The notes under the pieces: model-generated
Database searches by the model: none
What the model was told of the DNA's origin: nothing
Seen by the model: the letters and a program-made list of their open reading frames with translations, nothing else
Made by a program: the position numbers and the translations under genes
Assembly (NCBI GenBank): GCA_963719225.1
Contig: CAVRAY010000001.1
Location: 2,528,001-2,592,000, forward strand
Origin: Thermoanaerobaculia bacterium
GTDB taxonomy: Bacteria; Acidobacteriota; Thermoanaerobaculia; UBA5066
Length of the DNA stretch: 64,000 nt
Reading direction: 5' to 3'
Part shown: positions 48,964-58,067 of the stretch, piece by piece
How the letters are laid out: the number at the start of each line of letters is the position of its first letter
Position numbering within the stretch: position 1 is the stretch's first letter

Positions 48964-51900
48964 TCAGACCGCCGCCTTCTCTCTCGCTCCCACCCGCACC
49001 ACCTCCGCGACGAGCGCGTCCTGCTCGCTCTGGAAGGCGTGGTGGGAGCCGGGGGCGGGGCTCGCGAGCTCGCGGCGGCCGATGTAGCGGATTTGTCTGG
49101 AGGGGTCGACGCCCTCGACATTGCCGTCGAGGAACTGCTCGCGCACGAAGCGCCAACCACCCATGTTGCGGGGCTCCTCCTGCGCCCAGACGAGCTCCGC
49201 GTCGCGCGGATGGCTCGAGAGCACCTGCCCGAGCTCGCGGCCCGGGAACGGGTAGAGCTCCTCGAGCCGCACGACCGCGACGTCGCCCTTCCCCGCCTTG
49301 TCCCGCGCGGCGAAGAGGTCGTAGGCGAGCTTGCCGCTCACGAGGACGACGCGCCGCACGGAAGACCCGTCGCCCGAGGGGAAGGCCGGATCGTCGATCA
49401 CAGGACGGAAAGCCCCGTCCGCGAGCTCGTCCAGCGTCGACGCGGCCTTCGGGTGCCGGAGGAGGCTCTTCGGCGTCATGACGACGAGCGGCTTCTTGTC
49501 CTCGCGCGCCATCTGCCGAAGCAGGAGGTGGTAGTACTGGGCCGGCGTCGAGACGTTCGCGACGCTCAGGTTGTCCTCGGCGCAAAGGGTGAGGAAGCGC
49601 TCGAGGCGCGCCGAGGAGTGCTCGGGCCCCTGCCCTTCCTGTCCGTGCGGGAGAAGGAGCACGAGGCCGCAGCGCTGATTCCACTTCTGCTCCGACCCCG
49701 AGACGAATTGGTCGATCACGACCTGCGCGCCGTTCGCGAAGTCCCCGAACTGCGCCTCCCACAGGACGAGCGTCGAGGGGTCGGCCACGGCGTAGCCGAA
49801 CTCGAAGCCCATGACGGCGTTCTCGGAGAGCAGGCTGTCGATGACCTCGAAGCGCGCCTGCTCGGGCGCGAGCGTGTTGAGGGGCACCCATTCGGCGCCG
49901 CTCGTGGCGTCGGCGAGGACGGCGTGGCGGTTGCTGAACGTGCCGCGGCCGGAGTCCTGCCCCGAGAGCCGGACCGGCGTTCCCTCGAGGAGCAGCATTC
50001 CGAACGCGAGCATCTCGCCGCCCGCCCAGTCGATCTCGGCCTTGCCGCTTCCGTACTCGGCGCGCTTTTTCAGGAGGGACTTCAGCTTCGGATGGACCTC
50101 GAAGCCCTCCGGCACCGTCGAGACCGCGCGGATGATCTGCGCGAGTCGCGCGCGCGCGTCGCCTGAGGGACTCAGGCGTGGCGCGGGAGGCACGGCGAGC
50201 GAGTCGACGAAGGAACCCTTCGGGGTCCCGCGCGCCTCGTCGTACGCGCGTTCCAGCCCGGCCTTCTCCGAGGACCACATCTCCTCGGCCTCGGCCGCGG
50301 TGAGAAGCCCCTGACGAACGAGCGATCCGCCGTAGAGGCGCGCCACGGACGCGTGGCTCTTGATCTTCTGGTACATCAGGGGCTGCGTGTAGCTCGGCTC
50401 GTCCCCTTCGTTGTGGCCGTAGCGGCGATAGCAGACGAGATCGATCACGACGTCGCGCCGGAACGTGTTGCGGTAGTCGATCGCGATGTCCACGACATGG
50501 ACGACGGCCTCGGGGTCGTCGCCGTTCGCGTGGAAGACGGGTGCCTGCACCATCTTCGCGACGTCGGTGCAGTAGGGCGACGACCGCGCGTCGGCCGGGT
50601 TCGTCGTGAAGCCGATCTGGTTGTTCACGACGACGTGCACGGTGCCGCCCGTGCGGTAGCCGTGGAGCTGCGACATGTTGATCGTCTCGGCCACGATTCC
50701 CTGGCCGGCGAACGCCGCGTCGCCGTGCAGGAGGACGGGCAGGACCTTGCGGTGCTCGAGGTCCTCGCCGAGGTGCGTCTGCTTCGCGCGGACCATGCCC
50801 TCGACGACGGGATCCACGGCCTCGAGGTGGCTCGGGTTCGGGGCGAGCGAGACCTCGACCTTCGCGCCACCGGGAGCGACGTGCGTGCCGGACGCGCCGA
50901 GGTGGTACTTCACGTCGCCGGAACCCTGGATCGACTCCGGGTCCACCTCGCCCTCGAACTCCGCGAAAACCTTCCCCACCGGCTTGCCGACGGTGTTCGT
51001 GAGCACCGTGAGCCGGCCGCGATGCGACATGCCGATGACGGCTTCGCCGAGGTCGGCCTCGGCCGCGCGATCGAGCAGACGGTCGAGGAGCGGGATCGCG
51101 GCCTCGCCGCCCTCCAGCGAGTAGCGCTTCTGGCCGACGTATTTCATGTGCAGGAACTTCTCGAAGCTCTCGGCCTCGACGAGCTTCTTCAGGATGCGCC
51201 GCCGGTCGCCGTCCGAGAGGGTCGAGCGGTTGCGCGTCGACTCCATGCGGTCGATGAGCCACTGCTTCTGCGCGGGGTCCGGGTTGTACATGAACTCGGC
51301 GCCGATCTTTCCGCAGTACGTCTGGCGCAGGACCTCGAGGATCTCGCGCAGCGTGGCCCTGTCCTTTCCGCCGAGGCCGTTCGTGATGAACGGCCGGTCG
51401 AGGTCCCACAGCGTGAAGCCGTAGGTCGCGGGGTCGAGGTCGGGGTGATACGGCACCGAGTCGCTGCCGAGCGGGTTCAGGTCCGCCACGAGGTGGCCGC
51501 GCACGCGGTACGCGTTGATGAGCTGCAGAACGCGCGCCTGCTTCTCCACGGCCTCCAGGCCCCGGCCTCCCGCCGAGAGCGGCGTCGACGAGTCCTTCTC
51601 CCAGCGCATCGGCCGGTGCGGCACCTTGAGGTCCGAGAAGATGCGCTCGTAAAAGCCGTCGCCTCCCAGAAGGAGGTCTTGCAGCGTGCCGACGAACTGT
51701 CCCGACTCGGCGCCCTGGATGATGCGGTGGTCGTACGTCGAGGAGACGTTCATCACGCGCGAGATGCCGAGCGTGGAAAGGGCCTCCTCGGGCATGGCCT
51801 GGAACTCGGCCGGATAGCCCATGACGCCCGTCGCGATGATCGCGCCCTGGCCGGGCATGAGACGCGGCGCCGACGCCGTCGTGCCGATCGTTCCGGGATT

Positions 51901-52668
51901 CGTGAGCGTGATGGACGTGCCGGCGAACGCGTCGAGCTCGATCGTCCCCTTCCGCGCCTTCCCCACCATGCCGTCGAAGGCCTCGAGGAACTCGCCGAAG
52001 GACAGCTTTTCGGCGCCCTTGATGTTCGGGACGAGGAGGCTGCGCGTGCCGTCCTTCTTCGTGATGTCGATCGCGATGCCGAGGTTCACGGCCGACTTGC
52101 GGATCCGCGCGGGCTTGCCGCCGGCTTCGCCGTAGGCGTCGTTCATCCCCGGGTGCTTCTCGAGCGCGCGCACGATCGCCCAGGCGACGAAGTGCGTGAA
52201 GGAAACCTTCGAGAGGCCCAGCGCCTCGCGATGCCGGTTCAGGATGCGGCGGTTCTCTTCCATCGTCTTGACGGGAATCACGCGGTTCGTGACCGCCGTC
52301 GGAACGCCGAGCGAGGCCTCCATGTTCCTCACGATCGTGGCGGCGCCCCCGGAGATCGCGATGGCCTGCTCGCCGGCACGCGGCCCGGAAGCGGGAGGGC
52401 GCGCGGGGGCGGGCGGAGCGGCAGGAGGCGGCGCCGCGGGGACAGTCGCGGGCGGCAGGTCGGGAATCGGCTCGACCGGGCCGAGAGACCGGCCCGTCAT
52501 TTCGTGCGGAACCCTCTCTTCGATCTCCTGAAACGCCTGCTTCCAGTTCTCGCCCACCGAAGACGGCTCGAGCCGGTACTGGGCGTAGAGCTCGAGCGCG
52601 AACGGGGCGTTGTCGCCGAATTCCTCGAGCATCGCGTTCAGGACGGGAGAAGAGGAGGCGTCGCCCAT
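48964..52668 (-). CDS. kgd: Multifunctional 2-oxoglutarate decarboxylase/dehydrogenase (E2 core-E1 fusion)
   Basis: TLTNPGTIG and YDHRIIQG acyltransferase core followed by E1o motifs (GMSHRGR, HGDAAFAGQG, WEAQFGDF, EHSSARLERF). Confidence 0.93.
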   Translation of the reverse strand: MGDASSSPVLNAMLEEFGDNAPFALELYAQYRLEPSSVGENWKQAFQEIEERVPHEMTGRSLGPVEPIPDLPPATVPAAPPPAAPPAPARPPASGPRAGEQAIAISGGAATIVRNMEASLGVPTAVTNRVIPVKTMEENRRILNRHREALGLSKVSFTHFVAWAIVRALEKHPGMNDAYGEAGGKPARIRKSAVNLGIAIDITKKDGTRSLLVPNIKGAEKLSFGEFLEAFDGMVGKARKGTIELDAFAGTSITLTNPGTIGTTASAPRLMPGQGAIIATGVMGYPAEFQAMPEEALSTLGISRVMNVSSTYDHRIIQGAESGQFVGTLQDLLLGGDGFYERIFSDLKVPHRPMRWEKDSSTPLSAGGRGLEAVEKQARVLQLINAYRVRGHLVADLNPLGSDSVPYHPDLDPATYGFTLWDLDRPFITNGLGGKDRATLREILEVLRQTYCGKIGAEFMYNPDPAQKQWLIDRMESTRNRSTLSDGDRRRILKKLVEAESFEKFLHMKYVGQKRYSLEGGEAAIPLLDRLLDRAAEADLGEAVIGMSHRGRLTVLTNTVGKPVGKVFAEFEGEVDPESIQGSGDVKYHLGASGTHVAPGGAKVEVSLAPNPSHLEAVDPVVEGMVRAKQTHLGEDLEHRKVLPVLLHGDAAFAGQGIVAETINMSQLHGYRTGGTVHVVVNNQIGFTTNPADARSSPYCTDVAKMVQAPVFHANGDDPEAVVHVVDIAIDYRNTFRRDVVIDLVCYRRYGHNEGDEPSYTQPLMYQKIKSHASVARLYGGSLVRQGLLTAAEAEEMWSSEKAGLERAYDEARGTPKGSFVDSLAVPPAPRLSPSGDARARLAQIIRAVSTVPEGFEVHPKLKSLLKKRAEYGSGKAEIDWAGGEMLAFGMLLLEGTPVRLSGQDSGRGTFSNRHAVLADATSGAEWVPLNTLAPEQARFEVIDSLLSENAVMGFEFGYAVADPSTLVLWEAQFGDFANGAQVVIDQFVSGSEQKWNQRCGLVLLLPHGQEGQGPEHSSARLERFLTLCAEDNLSVANVSTPAQYYHLLLRQMAREDKKPLVVMTPKSLLRHPKAASTLDELADGAFRPVIDDPAFPSGDGSSVRRVVLVSGKLAYDLFAARDKAGKGDVAVVRLEELYPFPGRELGQVLSSHPRDAELVWAQEEPRNMGGWRFVREQFLDGNVEGVDPSRQIRYIGRRELASPAPGSHHAFQSEQDALVAEVVRVGAREKAAV

Positions 52669-52725
52669 GAAGGCGCCATTCTAGGCCGTCCGATCGGGGC
52701 CGAGCCGGGTGCTACCATGATTGCA

Positions 52726-53256
52726 ATGAGGCCGCTCCTCCGCGGCGTTTTCCTTTTCGCTCTGCTCGCCTTCGTCGAAGAGGTGCGGGCGGACTGGGTC
52801 GTGCAGCTCGCGGCGCTCGCCGACTCCTCGTTTCTCAGGAAAATGGGCGAGTCGATCCGGAAGGCCGGCTTTCCGGTCACGACGGAGCCGCTCGCTCAGA
52901 AGCACGGCCCGGAGCTCACGCGGCTCCTCTCGGGCCCGTACGAAACGAAGGCCGAGGCGGAGGCCGCTGCCGTGAAGCTCGCCGCCTTCGGCTGGCCCGG
53001 CTATGTGAAACAGCGGACGGAGGCGCGCAATCCCGGCACCGGGCCGACGCCCATTCCGCCCGCTTCCAAAAAGCCGCGAGCGGCCGCGCCGACGCGCCGC
53101 GCCCCGAAGGCGGCGGGTACGCGCGCTTCCGTTCCGGCGACTCCCGTCCGGTCCGAGCCCACACCTTCCCCATCGCCCACTCCTACCTCCCGCCCTTCCC
53201 CTTCCCTGCAGCCGGTGCGAACCGCCGAGCCGCCCGCGCCCTCCTCGGCGCGCTGA
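52726..53256 (+). CDS. SPOR-domain protein with Pro-rich tail
   Basis: Signal peptide, WVVQLAAL..GPYETKAEAE. TACCAT-N7-ATG supports start 52726. Confidence 0.75.
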   Translation: MRPLLRGVFLFALLAFVEEVRADWVVQLAALADSSFLRKMGESIRKAGFPVTTEPLAQKHGPELTRLLSGPYETKAEAEAAAVKLAAFGWPGYVKQRTEARNPGTGPTPIPPASKKPRAAAPTRRAPKAAGTRASVPATPVRSEPTPSPSPTPTSRPSPSLQPVRTAEPPAPSSAR

Positions 53257-53266
53257 ACCTTCCGAG

Positions 53267-54271
53267 CTATGCCGTCACGTCGCGCCGCGTGAACAGCAGG
53301 AACGCGGCCAGAAGGGCCGCGGCCGCCCATGCGAGGAGAACCCACACCGAGAACGGGAGCGTCATCCCCTCGAAAGGCGTCGGCATTCCGGCGTAGAAAT
53401 CGGGCAGCGGCAGATTCGTGACGAAGAACCACTTCGCGCCGTCCCAGTCGGATGCCACGCGCGAGAGGATCGTTCCACCCACGAGCGTCGCCATCATCGT
53501 GCCCATCGCGGCCGCGGCCGACCGGAAGACGACCGACAGGAGCAGCGTGATCGAGCCGACCGCGAGAGCCGCGAACCACGCGAGGCCCCACGCCGCGATC
53601 GTGTCCTGCCACAGCGGGACCATGCGCACCCCGCTCAGGTCGAAAGCAGCCGACGCCGACGGCGCCGAGAGGCGGAAGCCCGTCAGCATCGGCGCGCCCC
53701 AGCCCGCCCAGCCGAACGCGACTCCCGAAATGCCCCAGGCCAGGAAGAATGCCGCCAGGAGCGTGAGCGTCGTGAAGAGCCCCATCGCGACGACCTTCGA
53801 GAGGAGCACCTTCCAGCGCGCGACGGGCCGCGTCAACAGCAGCGAGATCGTGCCTTCCGCGAACTCCGACGAGACGAGGTCCGCTCCGAAGACCGCGATG
53901 AGGAGCGGGATCAGAAGCACGCTTCCGACGCCCGCGAAGCCCCGGGCAAACACGGGGCCACTGAGTTCATTCGGATTGAGATTCCTAGAAAGGTAATAAC
54001 GGAGTCTTCCAGACTCATAGCGCATCCAACGCTTCCACTGTTCCGGTATCCGCCTCTGGTTCATTTGCCGCTCGAGGTCCGAAGCCCTTTTTTCGACCTG
54101 CGCCCTCCAGTCGCGTTCGGGATGGTCGCGCCGCTGATTCTGCTGCTGGCGGTTCTGGGCGAACACGACGAGGCACAACAGCGCGGCTAGAACGACAAGA
54201 ACGACCCTGAATCTCTTCCTTCTCAGAATCTTCAAACACTCGTTTTCGATCAATCCCAGCATGACCCTCAT
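53267..54271 (-). CDS. ABC-2 type permease
   Basis: NECLK, VSSEFAEGTISLLLTRPVARWKVLLSK, FTRRDV. Confidence 0.9.
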   Translation of the reverse strand: MRVMLGLIENECLKILRRKRFRVVLVVLAALLCLVVFAQNRQQQNQRRDHPERDWRAQVEKRASDLERQMNQRRIPEQWKRWMRYESGRLRYYLSRNLNPNELSGPVFARGFAGVGSVLLIPLLIAVFGADLVSSEFAEGTISLLLTRPVARWKVLLSKVVAMGLFTTLTLLAAFFLAWGISGVAFGWAGWGAPMLTGFRLSAPSASAAFDLSGVRMVPLWQDTIAAWGLAWFAALAVGSITLLLSVVFRSAAAAMGTMMATLVGGTILSRVASDWDGAKWFFVTNLPLPDFYAGMPTPFEGMTLPFSVWVLLAWAAAALLAAFLLFTRRDVTA

Positions 54272-54280
54272 GGAGCAGCC

Positions 54281-55021
54281 CTACACCGTCTCCCCGCCCG
54301 TCAGCTCCAGGAACAGCTCCTCGAGCCCGCGTTTGCCGCCGCCCGTCAGCTCGGCGAGAGTCCCCGCCGCGAGCGAGCGCCCGCGGTGGACGATCGCGAT
54401 CCGGTCCACCATCTTCTCGACCTCGGAAAGCAGGTGGCTCGACACGAAGACCGCGAGGCCGTGCTCGCCCGCGAGCCGGCGCACGAGCTCGCGCATCTCG
54501 CGGATGCCCGCGGGATCGAGGCCGTTCGTGGGCTCGTCGAGGATGAGTACGGCGGGGTCGGAGAGAAGGGCCTGAGCGATGCCGACGCGCTGGCGCATGC
54601 CGAGCGAGTACGTGCGCACGACGCCGTCGAGCCGGCCGTCCATGTGCACGAGCGACGCGAGCGTGTCGATCCGCGCCGCCGCCCCGTCTCCCAGCATGCG
54701 CGCGAAGTGCTCGAGGTTTTCGCGCCCCGTCAGGAACTTGTAGAGGTCCGGCGTCTCCACGATGCAGCCCACGCGGCGCATCGCGGCCTCGAACTCCCGC
54801 TCGAGATCGTGCCCGTCGATGACGACGCGGCCCCGCGTGGGTTTCACGAGGCCCACGAGCATCCGGATCGTCGTCGTCTTTCCCGCGCCGTTCGGCCCGA
54901 GAAAACCGAAGACCTCGCCCCGGTGGAGCGCGAACGAAACGTCGGAGACGACCTCCCGCCGGCCGTAGCGCTTCGCGAGCCCTTCGGCGGACAGGACCAC
55001 GTCGGCTGCGCTCACGACCAT
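54281..55021 (-). CDS. ABC ATPase (BcrA-like)
   Basis: GPNGAGKTT, YSLGMRQR, LDEPTNGLDP, SSHLLSE. Confidence 0.93.
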   Translation of the reverse strand: MVVSAADVVLSAEGLAKRYGRREVVSDVSFALHRGEVFGFLGPNGAGKTTTIRMLVGLVKPTRGRVVIDGHDLEREFEAAMRRVGCIVETPDLYKFLTGRENLEHFARMLGDGAAARIDTLASLVHMDGRLDGVVRTYSLGMRQRVGIAQALLSDPAVLILDEPTNGLDPAGIREMRELVRRLAGEHGLAVFVSSHLLSEVEKMVDRIAIVHRGRSLAAGTLAELTGGGKRGLEELFLELTGGETV

Positions 55022-55073
55022 GTTGTACGCCCTGCGTCAAGCGGAGTTCTTACTTCCGGCACAATACGCGCCC

Positions 55074-55907
55074 ATGACGCTCGCCGGCCGTCGCCTCGCG
55101 CTCTGGTTCCTGCCCGCCGCGCTCGGCCTCGCGACGGCGGCGGTCTTCGCCGCGGGCTTCACCGCGGCGCTGCAGGGCAGACTCGGCGAAAGGGTGGATC
55201 CTTCCGCGGCTCCCGTTCCGGCATCGGCCATCCTCCCGGCGCCTACCGCGCCCGGGGGCGCCTTCCGCATCGTCGCGCTCGGTGATTCCCTGACGCGGGG
55301 CGCGGGCGACGCGTCGGGAGGCGGCGGATACCCGGAGCGCGTCGCGGCGGCGCTCAGGAAGTCGGGACTGACCGTCTCCGTGGACAACTTCGGCGTGGAC
55401 GGGGCCGAGACCGGGGACTTGCTCAGAAAGGTGAATGACCCGGACTCGCGGCGCCGCATCGCGCAGGCACAGCTCATCCTCATGTCGATCTCGGGCAACG
55501 ACCTCAGTCACGCGATCCCGGCGGGGGTGGGCGCGGGCGAGCCGGCCACCGACCCGACCGCGACGGCCCTCAAGGACTCTTCTATTAACCTTCAAAGAAT
55601 TCTTCTTCTTCTCCGAGAATCCAATCCCACTGCCCCCATCAGGCTTCTCGGCCTCTACAACCCGTTTCCCGCGTCGTTCGACAAGCGCATGGCGAAGGAG
55701 ACTCTTCTGAAATGGAACGTGGCTCTCGAGGAAGCGAGCTACACGGTCTCCGGCGCGAGCGTCGTGCCGACGGCCGACCTCTTCGACGAGCGCCCGGACC
55801 GCCTCTCGCCGGATCGTTTCCATCCGGGCCCGAACGGCTACGGGGAGATCGCATCGCGCGTCCTCTCGACGCTGAACGTCCCCGCGGCCGCGCCGCAAAG
55901 GTCCTGA
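55074..55907 (+). CDS. GDSL/SGNH hydrolase, membrane-anchored (YpmR-like)
   Basis: LGDSLT, SGND, GLYNP, DRFHP. Confidence 0.9.
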   Translation: MTLAGRRLALWFLPAALGLATAAVFAAGFTAALQGRLGERVDPSAAPVPASAILPAPTAPGGAFRIVALGDSLTRGAGDASGGGGYPERVAAALRKSGLTVSVDNFGVDGAETGDLLRKVNDPDSRRRIAQAQLILMSISGNDLSHAIPAGVGAGEPATDPTATALKDSSINLQRILLLLRESNPTAPIRLLGLYNPFPASFDKRMAKETLLKWNVALEEASYTVSGASVVPTADLFDERPDRLSPDRFHPGPNGYGEIASRVLSTLNVPAAAPQRS

Positions 55908-56776
55908 TGGATCCGATTCGCGAGGAGGCGGGCGTCGACATCGGCGCGACGCTCGCCAAGGCCGTCGTCGTGCCGGCGGGCGCGGCTCTCGAGGATCCCG
56001 CCGCGTACCAGACGCTCGTGTGCGCGAGCAGCGACGCGTCCGCGCTCTCCGCCTTTTTCGGGCGACACCCGGAGGCGTCTCTCGCGGCGACGGGTGCCGG
56101 CGCCGGCCGCCTGCAGCACGCTCTCAAGAGGGCCCGGGAGATAGCGCTCACGGACGAGTTCGAGGCCTGGGGCGAAGGGGAACGCGTGCTCCTCGCGAGG
56201 GCCGGCTTCACCCCGACGACGCCCCACCTCCTCGTGAGCCTCGGGACGGGGACGTCGATCCTGCGCGTCGGGCAGGAAGGCCGCGTGGCTCGCGCGGGCG
56301 GCACGGGCCTCGGTGGCGGCACGCTGCGCGGCTTCGGCCAGCTCCTCCTCGGCCAGGTCGATCACGACGCGCTCACGACGCTCGCGGGCCAGGGAGACCG
56401 GCGGCGCATCGACCTTCTCGTGCGCGACCTCTACCAGGCGGGCGAGATCCCGCTCCAGGGCAATCTCACGGCCTCGAACCTCGGCCGGGTGTCCTCACGG
56501 GATTCCCGGGACATCGCCCACGCGATCACGGGTCTCGTGGGAGAAAACGTCGCGCTCCTCGCCGCGGCCCTCTCGAAGCAGGAGGCCACGCCCGGGCCCC
56601 TCGACGTCGTGTATGCGGGCTCGACGCTCATTCGGAACGTCGCCTTGAAGGACATCCTGGCGTTCGCGACGTCCGTCGGCGGAGCCCGGGCGCGCTTTCT
56701 CCCGTACGGAGAGTTCGTCGGCGCGGTTGGCGCTCTCGTGCGCGCGCGCCAGCGCCGCGAGGGAGCGCGGGCGTGA
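55907..56776 (+). CDS. coaW: Type II (fumble-family) pantothenate kinase
   Basis: GVDIGATLAK, TGAGA, EFEAW, SLGTGTS, GGTGLGGGT, DLLVRDLY, TASNLG. Confidence 0.85.
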   Translation: MDPIREEAGVDIGATLAKAVVVPAGAALEDPAAYQTLVCASSDASALSAFFGRHPEASLAATGAGAGRLQHALKRAREIALTDEFEAWGEGERVLLARAGFTPTTPHLLVSLGTGTSILRVGQEGRVARAGGTGLGGGTLRGFGQLLLGQVDHDALTTLAGQGDRRRIDLLVRDLYQAGEIPLQGNLTASNLGRVSSRDSRDIAHAITGLVGENVALLAAALSKQEATPGPLDVVYAGSTLIRNVALKDILAFATSVGGARARFLPYGEFVGAVGALVRARQRREGARA

Positions 56777-57552
56777 CGGGCGTCGCCGTGGACCTCGAGG
56801 GCCGCGTCGCCCTCGTGACGGGCGCCTCGCGCGGAATCGGCGCCGAGATCGCGCGGCAGCTGGCGGCCGCGAACGCGCGCGTCGCGCTCCATTACGGGAA
56901 GTCCCGGGACGCCGCGCGCGCCGTCGCGGCGTCGATCGCCGCGGCCGGCCATGCGGAGCCGCTCCTCGTCCAGTCGGACGTCGCGTCGGAAACCGAGAGG
57001 CGGAGGCTCTATCGCGAGGTCGCCGCCGGCCTCGGCGCCCCGGCGATCCTCGTCAACAACGCGGGCTTCTACCGGAAAAACGCGTTCGAGGAGCCGGACG
57101 ACGCGGCGTGGCTCGCGCGGTGGCGCGAGACGATGGCCGTGAACCTCGAGGCGGCGGCGCACCTGACGTTCCTCGCGCTGCCCGCGATGCGCGCGAGCGC
57201 GTGGGGACGGATCGTGATGATCTCGTCGCGCTCGGCGTTCCGGGCCGAGACGGACCATCCGGACTACGCGGTCTCGAAGGCCGGGATGGTGAATCTCGCC
57301 CGTTGCCTCGCCCGCAACGAGGGGCCGCACGGGATCACGGCAAACGCGATCTGCCCCGGCTGGGTACGCACCGAGGCGGTGCGCGAAGCGCTGGACGGCC
57401 CGCAGGCGGCCGACGTGCTCTCCCAGATCCCGCTCGGCCGCGTCGCCACGACGGCCGACGTCGCGAACGCCGTGCTCTACCTCGTGTCCGCTCTCGGCTC
57501 GTATGCGAACGGCATCGTGATTCCCCTGAACGGCGGCTCCTTCCTCCATTGA
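56773..57552 (+). CDS. SDR family oxidoreductase
   Basis: TGASRGIG, VNNAG, YAVSK. GTGA overlap. Confidence 0.92.
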   Translation: MTGVAVDLEGRVALVTGASRGIGAEIARQLAAANARVALHYGKSRDAARAVAASIAAAGHAEPLLVQSDVASETERRRLYREVAAGLGAPAILVNNAGFYRKNAFEEPDDAAWLARWRETMAVNLEAAAHLTFLALPAMRASAWGRIVMISSRSAFRAETDHPDYAVSKAGMVNLARCLARNEGPHGITANAICPGWVRTEAVREALDGPQAADVLSQIPLGRVATTADVANAVLYLVSALGSYANGIVIPLNGGSFLH

Positions 57553-57611
57553 GCGTGTCCCCGAAATCCGCGCCGGCGGACGCAAACGGGCGGATAATTT
57601 CAGGTCCGGAC

Positions 57612-58058
57612 ATGTCGAGGGGCGCGTGGATCCTCGTCTTCGCACTGATCCCGGCGGCCGCAGCCGGCGGGGCCGAGCCGTCCGCGCCTCCGTCGGTGTC
57701 CGTTCCCGAAGTGCCGGCCGCGCCGCCGCGCCCGCCGCTCGCCGAGCGTTTCCGCCTTTTTTCCCTCACGCTCCTTCCCCTCCCGGTTCTCGACCTTTCG
57801 GGTCTGCCCGAGGACAGGCGCCTGTTTCACCAGCAGGGCGACCCGGACTCCCTGTTCACGCTCGGCGACCCGACGCCCGAAGGACAGGTGCGCCTCAAGG
57901 CCGCGATCGAGCTGAACGAGATCTTCCTCAAGGCCATCCCGCCCGACGCGAGCCAGGGCCTCGGAGACACGCGTCCCCGCGCGGCCGGCAGCTTCCTGCC
58001 GCTCGACGGGTCCGGACGGCCCTACCAGCTTCGACTGGGAGCGCGCCTCGTCTGGTAG
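57612..58058 (+). CDS. Small secreted hypothetical protein ending in a beta-signal-like strand
   Basis: Signal peptide MSRGAWILVFALIPAAAAG, C-terminus RPYQLRLGARLVW. Confidence 0.7.
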   Translation: MSRGAWILVFALIPAAAAGGAEPSAPPSVSVPEVPAAPPRPPLAERFRLFSLTLLPLPVLDLSGLPEDRRLFHQQGDPDSLFTLGDPTPEGQVRLKAAIELNEIFLKAIPPDASQGLGDTRPRAAGSFLPLDGSGRPYQLRLGARLVW

Positions 58059-58067
58059 CCTGACCGG

